Origin: a virus
Taxonomy: Duplodnaviria; Caudoviricetes
DNA: 55,791 nt
Virus record (IMG/VR): IMGVR_UViG_3300031841_002239
Coordinates: 1-55,791 of that record
Direction: 5' to 3' (one strand)
Of this stretch, positions 1-9,250 are shown piece by piece. Each line of letters begins with the position of its first letter. The first letter of the stretch is position 1. A program made the translations under genes and the position numbers. Under the pieces are notes generated by a model. That model saw only the letters and a program-made list of their open reading frames with translations, did no database searches and had not been told where the DNA came from.

Positions 1-410
1 ATTGTTTCCATATCTTTATCAGATAACATTGCCGCCTGTCCCCACATCAAGGCACTTTGAGCACCTATCTGTCCTTTGTTTTTATATGTAGTAAGTTTGC
101 TTACAATGTCACTGGAACTTTGTCCTGCTAACATTGGTCCTATACCACCGCCACCATCTGCTCCGTGACATGCGGCACAACCTGCCCATAAACTTCTGAT
201 ATCACTAAACTCGTCCAAGTTAGCCAATGCTTGTTTACGTTGCTCTATTTCTGCTGGTGTACCATTTAATGCTACATACTCAGCATAACATTCACCTATA
301 CACGTGGTATTACTTTTAGCACCACTGTATTCTAAATTTGGATATACTTTAGCAACAAAGAAAATTCCTATTGCTAAACAACCTAATAAACTCATTCCTA
401 ATTCTTTCAT
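1..410 (-). CDS. Membrane-anchored class I cytochrome c (c4/c553-like), 3' end runs off the window
   Basis: Not in ORF track. Manual translation from ATG at 410: MKELGMSLLGCLAIGIFFVAKVYP...LWAGCAACHGADGGGGIGPMLAGQ...SALMWGQAAMLSDKDMET. CXXCH at 165-179, P-x-LAGQ motif, distal Met, N-terminal hydrophobic helix. Start overlaps the glutaredoxin stop (TAATG). Confidence 0.88.
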   Translation of the reverse strand, partial: MKELGMSLLGCLAIGIFFVAKVYPNLEYSGAKSNTTCIGECYAEYVALNGTPAEIEQRKQALANLDEFSDIRSLWAGCAACHGADGGGGIGPMLAGQSSSDIVSKLTTYKNKGQIGAQSALMWGQAAMLSDKDMET

Positions 411-640
411 TATTTACTTGCTTCTACTAAGGCTTTGTATTCTGTAAAGCCACCAATCTTTTCGCCGTCTACTATAATTTGTGGGAATGTTCTAGCACCA
501 GGAAAAGTTTCCATTAGTGTTTCTCTATCAAAATCCTCATCGAGCATTTTGTATGTAAGTTCGTGTCCTTCTCTTTCTGCTAATGCTTTTGCTTGTACGC
601 AGAATGGACATTGTGGTTTGCTGTATATTTCTACTTTCAT
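410..640 (-). CDS. Glutaredoxin
   Basis: CPFC active site, TFPQI and IGGF motifs, 76 aa. Confidence 0.93.
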   Translation of the reverse strand: MKVEIYSKPQCPFCVQAKALAEREGHELTYKMLDEDFDRETLMETFPGARTFPQIIVDGEKIGGFTEYKALVEASK

Positions 641-855
641 TATTCTACTTTTGTTCTAGGCGTTAAATCGCATGTTGATTGTATTTCCATACCGTTAATT
701 TCTGTATCAAAATCTACTTCCATTCCTGCTGATAATACTGCAGGTGATGTAGGATTAGTGACATGATGTCTTTTAATGTATATGTTTGACTTTCCAACAT
801 TTACTACGCCGTAGTTTTTTCTGCTGTTCCAAAAATTAATTGTACCTTTTTTCAT
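640..855 (-). CDS. Divergent cold-shock-domain (OB-fold) protein
   Basis: KGTINFWNSRKNYGVV resembles the CSD GxVKWFNxxKGFGFI motif; L-x-AGMEVDF; 71 aa. Confidence 0.55.
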   Translation of the reverse strand: MKKGTINFWNSRKNYGVVNVGKSNIYIKRHHVTNPTSPAVLSAGMEVDFDTEINGMEIQSTCDLTPRTKVE

Positions 856-859
856 GCTT

Positions 860-1141
860 TTATTTATGTATATCTATACTGATCTTAACAAAAACAAGGT
901 CTTTTTCGTCTTCAAAAGATAAGACCATTTTTTGTTTTTCAAACCATCTTTCATCATTGTAGTTCATATCTGGATTAGGTTTAAAATGCCAACCCCACCT
1001 TTTTTTACATAGTTTATGTATTACAGGTATAAGTGACATAGATAATCCATATACAGGTGTTATCCAATTATATCTAAAAATCTTATTGTAGCCACAATTT
1101 TCGGGTATTTCAAATTCAGAAGTCTTCAAAATTTCCACCAT
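860..1141 (-). CDS. Hypothetical phage protein
   Basis: ORF in a tightly packed minus-strand gene run. Confidence 0.6.
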   Translation of the reverse strand: MVEILKTSEFEIPENCGYNKIFRYNWITPVYGLSMSLIPVIHKLCKKRWGWHFKPNPDMNYNDERWFEKQKMVLSFEDEKDLVFVKISIDIHK

Positions 1142-1295
1142 CTACTTCAATACTACCTGTAGTATTAGGCTTTTCATTTTGCTCAGGAAGATTAGACAAT
1201 ATATCTAAAAGATAATCTACATTTATAGTAAATTGATTATGTCCTTGTTCTTTAAGATTTTTAAGTTGTAATTTTAGTTTGTCCAATTCTTTCAT
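1116..1295 (-). CDS. Hypothetical protein (start reassigned to MKELDKLK)
   Basis: ATG at 1295 preceded by AGGA; avoids the long overlap of the 1427 start. Confidence 0.5.
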   Translation of the reverse strand: MKELDKLKLQLKNLKEQGHNQFTINVDYLLDILSNLPEQNEKPNTTGSIEVDGGNFEDF

Positions 1296-1809
1296 TAAGT
1301 TTCCTGTCCTTATTAATTTGCTTAAGAACAATCTTGCATTCATCCTCTGTTTTAAAAGGCCCTCTAAATCCATATTTAATAAGTGTGCTATACTTAGGAC
1401 CATGTCCGTGTTTCCAACACTTATCAAAATTTATGCAATACCAACCTGCGGCATAATAAATGTCACTGTCAGGAGTTTTAGTATATAAAGGAACATCAGG
1501 ATCATAGTTAGGCTCACTTGGATCTAATGGATAAGGAGTTTCATAATCAACAAGATGCCCTTTAATATAAAATGCTTCTGGCTCTGTTGGCGAATCTGTT
1601 ATTTGCTGTGAAAAAATTTCTGCATTTCCAAAATACTCTTGTACCTCTTCTTCGTTGTCTAAGGCAATTCCTTTAGAACCATTGATGTAAAAGAAATGGT
1701 TTTGGACATCTTTATTTAAGATACCCATTTTATTTTTACCTTGCCTTACAAGCCATGCTACATCAGATATCTGCTGTAATGATGCTTTAGTTTTATTATT
1801 TTTTACCAT
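1261..1809 (-). CDS. Hypothetical phage protein
   Basis: 182 aa ORF overlapping both neighbours. Confidence 0.7.
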   Translation of the reverse strand: MVKNNKTKASLQQISDVAWLVRQGKNKMGILNKDVQNHFFYINGSKGIALDNEEEVQEYFGNAEIFSQQITDSPTEPEAFYIKGHLVDYETPYPLDPSEPNYDPDVPLYTKTPDSDIYYAAGWYCINFDKCWKHGHGPKYSTLIKYGFRGPFKTEDECKIVLKQINKDRKLNERIGQTKITT

Positions 1810-2045
1810 GCTCTATTCTCCTTATTACCATAGTCTTCGTCTTTACCAACAACTACTCCACCAATGGAATAAAGTTGTTTATTTGGTTCTCCTTTATCAT
1901 TTTTAAATAATTCAGGACAAACATCTCTTCTCATTTGCCTATATACTTTGTCCTGATCGGGACTAGTAAATATCCAATACGGGTTTTTAGGCCAATCCAA
2001 GCAAATTCTTTTCATTGCTTCTTCTACAGGATCAGGCTTTTCCAT
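1803..2045 (-). CDS. Hypothetical protein
   Basis: 80 aa ORF overlapping the rnh stop. Confidence 0.6.
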   Translation of the reverse strand: MEKPDPVEEAMKRICLDWPKNPYWIFTSPDQDKVYRQMRRDVCPELFKNDKGEPNKQLYSIGGVVVGKDEDYGNKENRAW

Positions 2046-3024
2046 TCATGAACTCCGCATAATCTCCTGGATTCTGACTCATACGTTCTAGATTCCATTT
2101 AGCACAAAACTTCATAAAATATATACCAACTTGCTGTTTAGATTCTTTCTCTTTTGCTTCTGCAATTCGTTGTTTACATTCTGCTTTTATCTCATCAGGT
2201 TGTTGTGTTAAATCAATTAGTATTTTATTACGTTCAAAATCGTCTTTCACTCTGTGTTCTTGCTCTTCATGATCTACCCAACGTTGTAGCATAAAGTTAT
2301 TGTAATTGTATCCGCCTGTGTGCCTATCTTCATAGGCTTCTGTAATTCCTGTTTTATTTTTAGTGCCTTTTAATCTAGCACCAGGATAAGCACTAAACAC
2401 ATTATCACTAGAGTCGCCTCTAACACACTTCTCAAACAAGACCCATTCAGGTACTACTGGAGTTTTCTTTTCATTTGTCTTTTTGTCTATTACCCACTCA
2501 CCTGTTTTACAATCTTTAAACCCTTCTAAACTAACAATTTGATCTGTTGTACCGTTATATTGTGTTACATTGTCTGCAATTAACTGATAAAAGTCACTGT
2601 CTGTACTTATAATTACATGATTATCTTCTGGATGTTCTTGTATCCAAGTAGCAATTAAGTCATCTGCTTCAGCATTAGGCTGTTGTATAACACTACAATT
2701 AGTACGTTTATCTAAAAACTCTACCATATCATTATAAGATTCAAAAAACAATTCGTCATCTTCTTGCTCTCTGACACTTCTTTTATCCATTGTGACTTTA
2801 CGGTTTGCTTTATATGGAGTATAAAAGTCTTTACGCCAAGAACGTCCTTCTAAACACATAACAACATGATCGCCATCAAAATCTCGCCATACTTTCTTAA
2901 TACTATTAAACATAATATGCATAGCCATTCCAACTCGCATATCAATATCTCTTCCCCCACCAACATGTTTGGCACGGAAGAACATGTTTAAACTATCTAC
3001 TAATATGTATGTCTTTTTACTCAT
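2032..3024 (-). CDS. rnh: T4 RNase H-like 5'-3' exonuclease / flap endonuclease
   Basis: ILVDSLN, YKANR, EADDLIA, STDSDFYQL and GDSSDNV motifs of the FEN/5'-nuclease family. Confidence 0.9.
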   Translation of the reverse strand: MSKKTYILVDSLNMFFRAKHVGGGRDIDMRVGMAMHIMFNSIKKVWRDFDGDHVVMCLEGRSWRKDFYTPYKANRKVTMDKRSVREQEDDELFFESYNDMVEFLDKRTNCSVIQQPNAEADDLIATWIQEHPEDNHVIISTDSDFYQLIADNVTQYNGTTDQIVSLEGFKDCKTGEWVIDKKTNEKKTPVVPEWVLFEKCVRGDSSDNVFSAYPGARLKGTKNKTGITEAYEDRHTGGYNYNNFMLQRWVDHEEQEHRVKDDFERNKILIDLTQQPDEIKAECKQRIAEAKEKESKQQVGIYFMKFCAKWNLERMSQNPGDYAEFMNGKA

Positions 3025-3265
3025 TATTAAATCCTAAGTCGTCATTTATTATAGCATCAAAAGGCGATTCTTTCAAGTTCTTTTCACGAAGTTTTTCAAA
3101 GTCTCTTGTTAAATCGTATTTTAAATGTTTCCTAAAATTAGCCAATATATACTCTACTTCAGCAGATGTAAAATCCTCTAATTGCTTTTCTACAACTGGC
3201 TCTATAGACTTAACTAGGATCGCTAGTTTTGTCTTGGCCTGTGTTTCCATTTGTTCTGATGACAT
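3017..3265 (-). CDS. Hypothetical protein
   Basis: 82 aa ORF with GGAG upstream. Confidence 0.6.
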   Translation of the reverse strand: MSSEQMETQAKTKLAILVKSIEPVVEKQLEDFTSAEVEYILANFRKHLKYDLTRDFEKLREKNLKESPFDAIINDDLGFNNE

Positions 3266-3734
3266 CAGTTTCTCCTTCTTGCTGTAAGCCGTAATCTTGG
3301 TCTGCTATTTCTTGTACTAATACTGTTCTACATACGTCATTAAACCACTTATTAACAACATCTTCATCATTTTCGCCTCTATACCCGTTCTCATGTAAAA
3401 ACTTAACAAAATGATCGTTCCAGTCTAATTCCATATATCCTGCTTTAGCATTTTCAGGATTTACGTCTAATTTAAGAACATTTACATATGGTGCCTGTGT
3501 AATATCAGCAACTGCTTTTTCATGTTCATATTTTCCAATTTTACCATTTTTAAGTTGTACATCAAGTTTAGCAATTTCCTTATCTTCATCAGTTTCTGCT
3601 TCAATTTCTGCTAATGCTTCTTCTAACTCTTCTCCATCATAATAATATTCTGCTTCTGCTATTGCACGAGTCTTACCTTTAAGACCCCAACTAGCAGGCA
3701 TCATGCTAAATGGTAGTTTAGTTTTCTTTGACAT
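3210..3734 (-). CDS. Hypothetical acidic phage protein
   Basis: 174 aa ORF with an ELDWND-x-FV motif; no function recognised. Confidence 0.7.
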   Translation of the reverse strand: MSKKTKLPFSMMPASWGLKGKTRAIAEAEYYYDGEELEEALAEIEAETDEDKEIAKLDVQLKNGKIGKYEHEKAVADITQAPYVNVLKLDVNPENAKAGYMELDWNDHFVKFLHENGYRGENDEDVVNKWFNDVCRTVLVQEIADQDYGLQQEGETDVIRTNGNTGQDKTSDPS

Positions 3735-4164
3735 CTTCTTTCTCCTTTAATACTGCCGTAACACTTTTTATTGTACAGGTGTGTTTACTTGGCCTGCCAA
3801 AACTAATTGGTATAATTTTATCGCCTCTGCCTATAGTATTAAATCCGCCCCAAGGCTGGAATACTATTCGTTGTGCGAAGGAAAGATCATAACAATAATA
3901 TAACTCTATATCGTATTCTTGTTTTCTAGTAGTTCTAACTCTAATTACATTATTATTTTGTATAGAATAACCTCTAATACTTCTCATATTAATACTTTTA
4001 ACTTGTAAATCTTGTTTAGTTACAGCAATACCGTGTTCTGTATACCCAACAATTTCTTTTTCATCTGCTTTTGTTTCAAATGCCACCATCATTAAAAACA
4101 TTACAAATGCTGTTATCAGCAAAGGAGACATGTTCTTTATAAAATTCCAATCGTGTTTATCCAT
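3718..4164 (-). CDS. Exported/membrane-anchored hypothetical protein (DUF6491-like beta domain)
   Basis: N-terminal hydrophobic segment; paired Cys in YYCYDL...CTIKSV. Confidence 0.5.
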   Translation of the reverse strand: MDKHDWNFIKNMSPLLITAFVMFLMMVAFETKADEKEIVGYTEHGIAVTKQDLQVKSINMRSIRGYSIQNNNVIRVRTTRKQEYDIELYYCYDLSFAQRIVFQPWGGFNTIGRGDKIIPISFGRPSKHTCTIKSVTAVLKEKEDVKEN

Positions 4165-4165
4165 A

Positions 4166-5065
4166 TTATTTTCCTATTGCGTTACCGTATATATGTACGT
4201 GAACTCTGCTCGTATAATTGTAGCCACGTTGTATGGCTTCGTCGGCTATACTTGCCTCTGTTTGTACTAGGCCTTCAAAGGTGCCGCCAACTCCCATGAT
4301 CCATACAGGGAAGTTACAGCCGGCATCTCTAAATAATTTTGTGTGTTCTTCTACTTCTCTCCAACTTTCATCTGTGCCATTTACCACATACTTCAATTGA
4401 CCATGTGGACTTACTTCTGCATATCTGCCTATTACTTCTGGCTTGATTGCTTTTTTGTTCTTCTCACCAGCAGTACTCCATAGTTTAGGACTAAGGCTCC
4501 AATACCATTCTGAACCATTAGCCCATGCTGGATATTCTGAGCTAATATAATTAGCAAACTCATCTGTTATAGGCTTTGTGCCATTTGTTTCCACAGTTAC
4601 GTTCATTGGCTTATTGCCTCTGCGTTTAAATTCTTCTATAACACTAATCATACCAGGCTGTGTGTTTTTAAGCATTGGCTCGCCACCTGTAAACACCATA
4701 TGCACACTTTGTTTTGTAACAGGATGTACAAATTGGGAGTGCGGCAGAAGGGCTGTAAGTTCGTCTACTGCCTCCTCTACCGTCTTATCAGTAATTAAGT
4801 GCTTATACTTTTTGCTCCAAGTATAACTACTATCACAACCTTTTTCAAACACAGGCAAATCAAATACATTTGTTATGTCTGTAATATCTAACTTTTCATA
4901 AGGTAAATCATATGTGCTTGGATCAGTAGGATCACTTTGTCCAAAGCCATTACATTGTAAATTACATAGGAAGAATCTCATCCACAGACTAGGAATACCA
5001 ACATACTGTCCTTCGCCTTGTGCGGAGTAAAATGTTTCGCTATATTTTAATGTAGTGTTATCCAT
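4166..5065 (-). CDS. queE: 7-carboxy-7-deazaguanine synthase QueE (radical SAM)
   Basis: SETFYSAQGEG, R-FFLCNLQC...GCDS, FTGGEPML, ETNGT, SLSPK and RVH motifs. Confidence 0.88.
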   Translation of the reverse strand: MDNTTLKYSETFYSAQGEGQYVGIPSLWMRFFLCNLQCNGFGQSDPTDPSTYDLPYEKLDITDITNVFDLPVFEKGCDSSYTWSKKYKHLITDKTVEEAVDELTALLPHSQFVHPVTKQSVHMVFTGGEPMLKNTQPGMISVIEEFKRRGNKPMNVTVETNGTKPITDEFANYISSEYPAWANGSEWYWSLSPKLWSTAGEKNKKAIKPEVIGRYAEVSPHGQLKYVVNGTDESWREVEEHTKLFRDAGCNFPVWIMGVGGTFEGLVQTEASIADEAIQRGYNYTSRVHVHIYGNAIGK

Positions 5066-5570
5066 CTTGTTCTTTTAAAAAATTTATAAAATCCTGTTTA
5101 TCAAATTCACCGTCAGTAATATCCATTATAGCACTATATACAATATTATGCAAGTCACTAGATTGGAATGTAATACTGCCATTTAATTCATCTTCAAAAG
5201 ATTCAATAGCACACATTCTAAATCCTTTATCATATAAAATGTCAAAATTGTCTTCTTTTTCAAGAAATACTTTACCATATTGTATTGCTTTTAAAAAATA
5301 CACATCAGACATTTGTCTTGCTTCTATAGTAAGTTGACCAACTTCCTCATTTACATTTTCGAGCTGTAAGTGTATACCAGCATCTAACTTGTCTAAATCA
5401 GCAACACAGTCAAGACATTCCATAACCTCAAGTGGTGTTAACGGGTATCTAGTGCAAATCCAATCCATATTGAATCTATCACAAATTGCATCAGTAACCT
5501 CTCTAACAGGCACAGCATGTCTGCCTATAACTAAGTGACCATTACGAGTATTAATCATTAGGTTCCGCAA
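5058..5570 (-). CDS. Protein with N-terminal DUF433-like helix-turn-helix domain
   Basis: GHLVIGRHAVPV...ICTRYPLTPLEVMECL follows the DUF433 pattern G-P-I-GTRIPV...I...YP-LT-EDI-AAL. Confidence 0.5.
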   Translation of the reverse strand: MRNLMINTRNGHLVIGRHAVPVREVTDAICDRFNMDWICTRYPLTPLEVMECLDCVADLDKLDAGIHLQLENVNEEVGQLTIEARQMSDVYFLKAIQYGKVFLEKEDNFDILYDKGFRMCAIESFEDELNGSITFQSSDLHNIVYSAIMDITDGEFDKQDFINFLKEQDG

Positions 5571-6247
5571 GAATGTTGTTGCTGTAGTTTAATGTTATCG
5601 AAAAATTCTTTCTTAGTACTCTGGTCTTCCATAAATCTGCCTTCCAATACAGTTGTTTGTGTTAAACTGCTATGTGCTAATACACCTCTGTTCTCTACGC
5701 AACCGTGTGTTGCTTGTATGTAAACACCTAAGTTTACACTACCAGTTGCCGCCTTAATTTCTCTAGCAATATCATTAGCAAGTTCTTCCTGTAATGTACC
5801 ACGTCTTGCACACCATTGTGCAATTCTAGTGTACTTAGAAAGCCCTATGAGCGTTTCTCCTGCAATAATACCTATGTATGCAATACCTTTAACAGGCTGA
5901 TGATGGTGTGAACACATACTTTGTATTTCACTTCTCACAACCAACATACCTTTATAACCTTCTTCAATGTCATTAGGAAATGCTGTAGCATTAGGCATAT
6001 CGTTATATCTGCCCCACATAAGTTCATTGATATACATTTTAGCAAGACGTTTAGCAGTACCTTGACTGTTAGGGTCATTAAATCTATCAATTAGTAGTGT
6101 GTCTAATACACCTTCAAAATGAGGAATAAGTTCTTCAATAAGTGCTTGATCATCACCTTCGTCCATAAATGCTGAAACATTATCACTTGCCCAATACTTA
6201 GCACCAGCATCTTTAATTCTTTGTGTTATTTTCTCACTAGTCTTCAT
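5558..6247 (-). CDS. folE: GTP cyclohydrolase I
   Basis: SMCSHH, GLSKYTR, LQEEL and HGCVENRG motifs. Confidence 0.95.
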   Translation of the reverse strand: MKTSEKITQRIKDAGAKYWASDNVSAFMDEGDDQALIEELIPHFEGVLDTLLIDRFNDPNSQGTAKRLAKMYINELMWGRYNDMPNATAFPNDIEEGYKGMLVVRSEIQSMCSHHHQPVKGIAYIGIIAGETLIGLSKYTRIAQWCARRGTLQEELANDIAREIKAATGSVNLGVYIQATHGCVENRGVLAHSSLTQTTVLEGRFMEDQSTKKEFFDNIKLQQQHSCGT

Positions 6248-6446
6248 TTTTCATTTCCTTAATTCTTTCTTTTAATTCTTCAATTTCCCTTTTAAGAGCA
6301 AGTTTTTCGAACTTCTCTTGTCTAACTTTGTCATCACTATCATGATGTTCCCAATGCCTTGTAATTTTCTTATCTAGTTCTCGGTGTATGTTTTCCAAAT
6401 GTTTTAAATGATTTGTTAAACTTTTTACCGTACTCACTTCCACCAC
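6237..6446 (-). CDS. DUF465/YdcH-like coiled-coil protein
   Basis: H-x-ELDKKI...K-x-EKLALKREI pattern. Confidence 0.6.
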   Translation of the reverse strand: MVEVSTVKSLTNHLKHLENIHRELDKKITRHWEHHDSDDKVRQEKFEKLALKREIEELKERIKEMKNED

Positions 6447-6925
6447 TCCTCATAAGGAAATACAATCCATTTTTCTTCTTCTGGCGTCACTCTATTACCT
6501 GTAAAACTTACATGCTCAAATGCACTACTCTCTTTATCGAATAGTGTAGCATACTTTAAGCCTTCATGCAATGCCAATAGGTTATTATTTTCTTCTGAAT
6601 CCCATTTATCCACAACACCTTTAATACCGTTTAAAGTATGTCCTGAATCATTAATGTCATCTACAAGTAAAATATCTTCACTACTGTATTTAGATAAAAT
6701 AGTCTCTAACCTAGTGGATTCCTTGATCATGTCATGATCTCTTGTTTGCCATTCAAAGCCATGGAAAGGAACTTCAAAGTAATGACTTAGCATTACGCCC
6801 ATTACATAGGCACCTCTGCCAGGCCCAATTACAACATCAGGTTTAAAACCACTTACATGAATTTGTCTTGTTATTTCGCTAAGATCTTTGTCTAGATCTT
6901 TGTTAGAATAGTATAGTTTTGCCAT
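6434..6925 (-). CDS. Type I purine phosphoribosyltransferase (xanthine/guanine PRT-like)
   Basis: PRPP-binding ILLVDDINDSGHTL, GRG loop, WIVFPYE C-terminus as in Gpt. Confidence 0.85.
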   Translation of the reverse strand: MAKLYYSNKDLDKDLSEITRQIHVSGFKPDVVIGPGRGAYVMGVMLSHYFEVPFHGFEWQTRDHDMIKESTRLETILSKYSSEDILLVDDINDSGHTLNGIKGVVDKWDSEENNNLLALHEGLKYATLFDKESSAFEHVSFTGNRVTPEEEKWIVFPYEEWWK

Positions 6926-6931
6926 AATATT

Positions 6932-6959
6932 ATTATAGCAGAAAAGATTACAATGTCAA
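6932..6959 (-). promoter_or_regulatory. Sigma70-type promoter, ATG 6 nt after the -10 box
   Basis: TTGACA-N16-TATAAT with extended TG; PRT ATG at 6925. Confidence 0.75.
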
Positions 6960-6960
6960 G

Positions 6961-7926
6961 TTATTTTTTCTTGGACGATTGAAATTCTATTTCTGACTTT
7001 ACAATGTCCTCTAAAGAATTTGTTGGTTCCCAACCAAATAAATCTATTGCTTTAGAAATATTTGCATCTGTTTTTGCGGCGTCGCCTTCTCTTTTTGGAC
7101 CATATTCAACATCAATTGTATTGCCTGTTTGTGCTTCTACTTCTGCTATAACTTGCTTAATACTTTTAGGAGAACCAGCACCAATGTTAAATACACCACT
7201 ATCGCCACCATCAAACAGATAGTTTAATGATGCCAAATGAGCTGTTGCTATATCCAATACGTGAGTATAATCTCTAACACAGGTTCCATCTATTGTGTCG
7301 TAGTCATCTCCGTTTACTACAAACTTTCCTCCATTTAGTGCCTTGTCTACTAAAACAGGCATTATATGTTCTTTAGGATCTAACTGATACCCAAATCCTT
7401 CATAACTACCTGCGGCACAAAAATATCTTAAACTATTATAAGTAAAATCGTGTACTGCTGATAGATCTTCTAAAATAGTTTCCACCATTGCCTTTGTTCT
7501 ACCATAAGGTGTTTTAGGATTGATATCATCTATTTCTGAGTTCAGTAAGTTGTCTGAGTCTCCGTAAACAGAACTTGAACTACTGAATACAAAATGTTTT
7601 ACACCACCGTCTATAGCATGATCTAATAGTTTAATAGAATTTTCTACATTGTTTACATAGTATTCTTTTGCTTCTGCAATACTTTTAGGTACACTATGAT
7701 GAGCCGCCAAATGAATAATTGCATCTGGTTTTGTCATTTCAATAACACCTTTAATTTGAGAGTTGTTAATATCAAATGGATATTGTGTTACGCCCTCTAT
7801 GGGTCTTTTTACTCTGTCTACATTAATAACATTGTAACCAGAATCAGCAAGTAACTTACAGGTTACACTACCTATAAAGCCACTACCACCTGTTACTAAA
7901 ATTGTTTTTTCTTCATTACTGCTCAT
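6961..7926 (-). CDS. galE: UDP-glucose 4-epimerase
   Basis: GGSGFIG, FSSSSSVYG, YGRTK and DGTCVRDYTHV motifs. Confidence 0.9.
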   Translation of the reverse strand: MSSNEEKTILVTGGSGFIGSVTCKLLADSGYNVINVDRVKRPIEGVTQYPFDINNSQIKGVIEMTKPDAIIHLAAHHSVPKSIAEAKEYYVNNVENSIKLLDHAIDGGVKHFVFSSSSSVYGDSDNLLNSEIDDINPKTPYGRTKAMVETILEDLSAVHDFTYNSLRYFCAAGSYEGFGYQLDPKEHIMPVLVDKALNGGKFVVNGDDYDTIDGTCVRDYTHVLDIATAHLASLNYLFDGGDSGVFNIGAGSPKSIKQVIAEVEAQTGNTIDVEYGPKREGDAAKTDANISKAIDLFGWEPTNSLEDIVKSEIEFQSSKKK

Positions 7927-8924
7927 ATTTTGTCGCCTGTGTTATCTCCAACACCAAACCAGGTTTGCATTACCTGATCTGTGTTTAAGACTATTTGTTG
8001 CTCTTGATAATCATTAAGTGCATTAATTACCATATCCACACTTTCATCAAATCTATCAAATAGTTTTGTATCTGGATATAGTTCAGGATACACTAGTCTA
8101 TTAGGCAATACAGGTGTACAACCTAAATATACGGCTTCAGCAACTCCAAAGCCAAAGTTTTCTTGCAAGGCATAACTTACTACTGCTTTACTTTTTCCTA
8201 GTAAACTGTAATATTCTTCCTTGCTAAGATCCATTTCCTGCGTTTTAAGAAATTGTATATCCCTATCAAGTCTTTTAGATACTTGCTCTCGCAGTTCATT
8301 AAACAACCAAGGTTGTTTCTCATCACAAAGTCTACCATTAAAAATAACAATATCTTTTTTAGTTTGCCCTTTGTGTTTTTCTAATCCTGAATAGTCTACA
8401 GGTAAACCTGAAACAACTAATTTATTAGGATTAACCATTCTTTTCTTTATAATATCATTTTTAATGAAATTACTTGCACAATAAATTGTATCACTAATAT
8501 CAAAAATAATATCTTCAAAGTTCTTTGCCCAACGTTCCATATCCCTAACAAAGTCTGTATCAGTAAAACTACCTGCATGTATGATGCCTGTAATTTTAAG
8601 GTTATCCATCTTGTTAAAATATTTCATGTAAGCAATACTTTCTATTCCTGGGAACCATATATCACTAAAGAATAAGGTATCACCATCTGTTATGACACCT
8701 CGTTCTATTAAGTCTGATATCTCTGCTATTTGCAATGCTTTAAATTTACTTGTAAAAGCAGAATTTAAAAATTGTCCTTCAGGAAGTGGAGGAGTTTCAT
8801 ATGTAGGCATAACTTTAATATAGTCAATATTTTCTCTGTTAAGATATTCCTCAATAGCAATATCCATATGAACAGTATATCTACCATCTATGTGTTCTAA
8901 AGGAACATATATTAATTTACTCAT
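7923..8924 (-). CDS. GT-B fold (GT4-like) glycosyltransferase
   Basis: FNGRLCDEKQP and ENFGFGVAEA (E-x7-E) motifs. Confidence 0.82.
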   Translation of the reverse strand: MSKLIYVPLEHIDGRYTVHMDIAIEEYLNRENIDYIKVMPTYETPPLPEGQFLNSAFTSKFKALQIAEISDLIERGVITDGDTLFFSDIWFPGIESIAYMKYFNKMDNLKITGIIHAGSFTDTDFVRDMERWAKNFEDIIFDISDTIYCASNFIKNDIIKKRMVNPNKLVVSGLPVDYSGLEKHKGQTKKDIVIFNGRLCDEKQPWLFNELREQVSKRLDRDIQFLKTQEMDLSKEEYYSLLGKSKAVVSYALQENFGFGVAEAVYLGCTPVLPNRLVYPELYPDTKLFDRFDESVDMVINALNDYQEQQIVLNTDQVMQTWFGVGDNTGDKI

Positions 8925-9060
8925 CGCCTAAATCTCCATAATCAACAACATCAGTAATTTTGTCATCTAAACTTTGTGCAAAATCGTTTTTCTTATCTGC
9001 CTCATTTTTAGAAATAAAGTTAGGCTTAGATTCTGTATTACTTTTGTCGTCTTTTTCCAT
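8917..9060 (-). CDS. Small acidic hypothetical protein (start reassigned to MEKDDK)
   Basis: ATG at 9060 directly follows the stop of the Hc1-like gene. Confidence 0.45.
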   Translation of the reverse strand: MEKDDKSNTESKPNFISKNEADKKNDFAQSLDDKITDVVDYGDLGDE

Positions 9061-9061
9061 A

Positions 9062-9238
9062 TTACATTGAATTCCTTTTTTCTTGGATTTCAGTTCTTCT
9101 TGTTTTAGCAAGTTTAGTAAGTTCCATAAGTGCCTTTCTAGCTCTTGTTGAACTAGCCTTTACACCATTTACTTCAAACTTTTCATGTTCTGCTAAGTAT
9201 GTTTCCATTGCTACTTTTAATTGTAGATGCGTTTCCAT
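9062..9238 (-). CDS. Histone H1-like (Hc1 family) nucleoid protein, 58 aa
   Basis: Not in track. METHLQLKVAMETYLAEHEKFEVNGVKASSTRARKALMELTKLAKTRRTEIQEKRNSM; G-x-KA-x-x-TRARK motif; AAGGAG RBS. Confidence 0.75.
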   Translation of the reverse strand: METHLQLKVAMETYLAEHEKFEVNGVKASSTRARKALMELTKLAKTRRTEIQEKRNSM

Positions 9239-9250
9239 ATTTTTCTCCTT

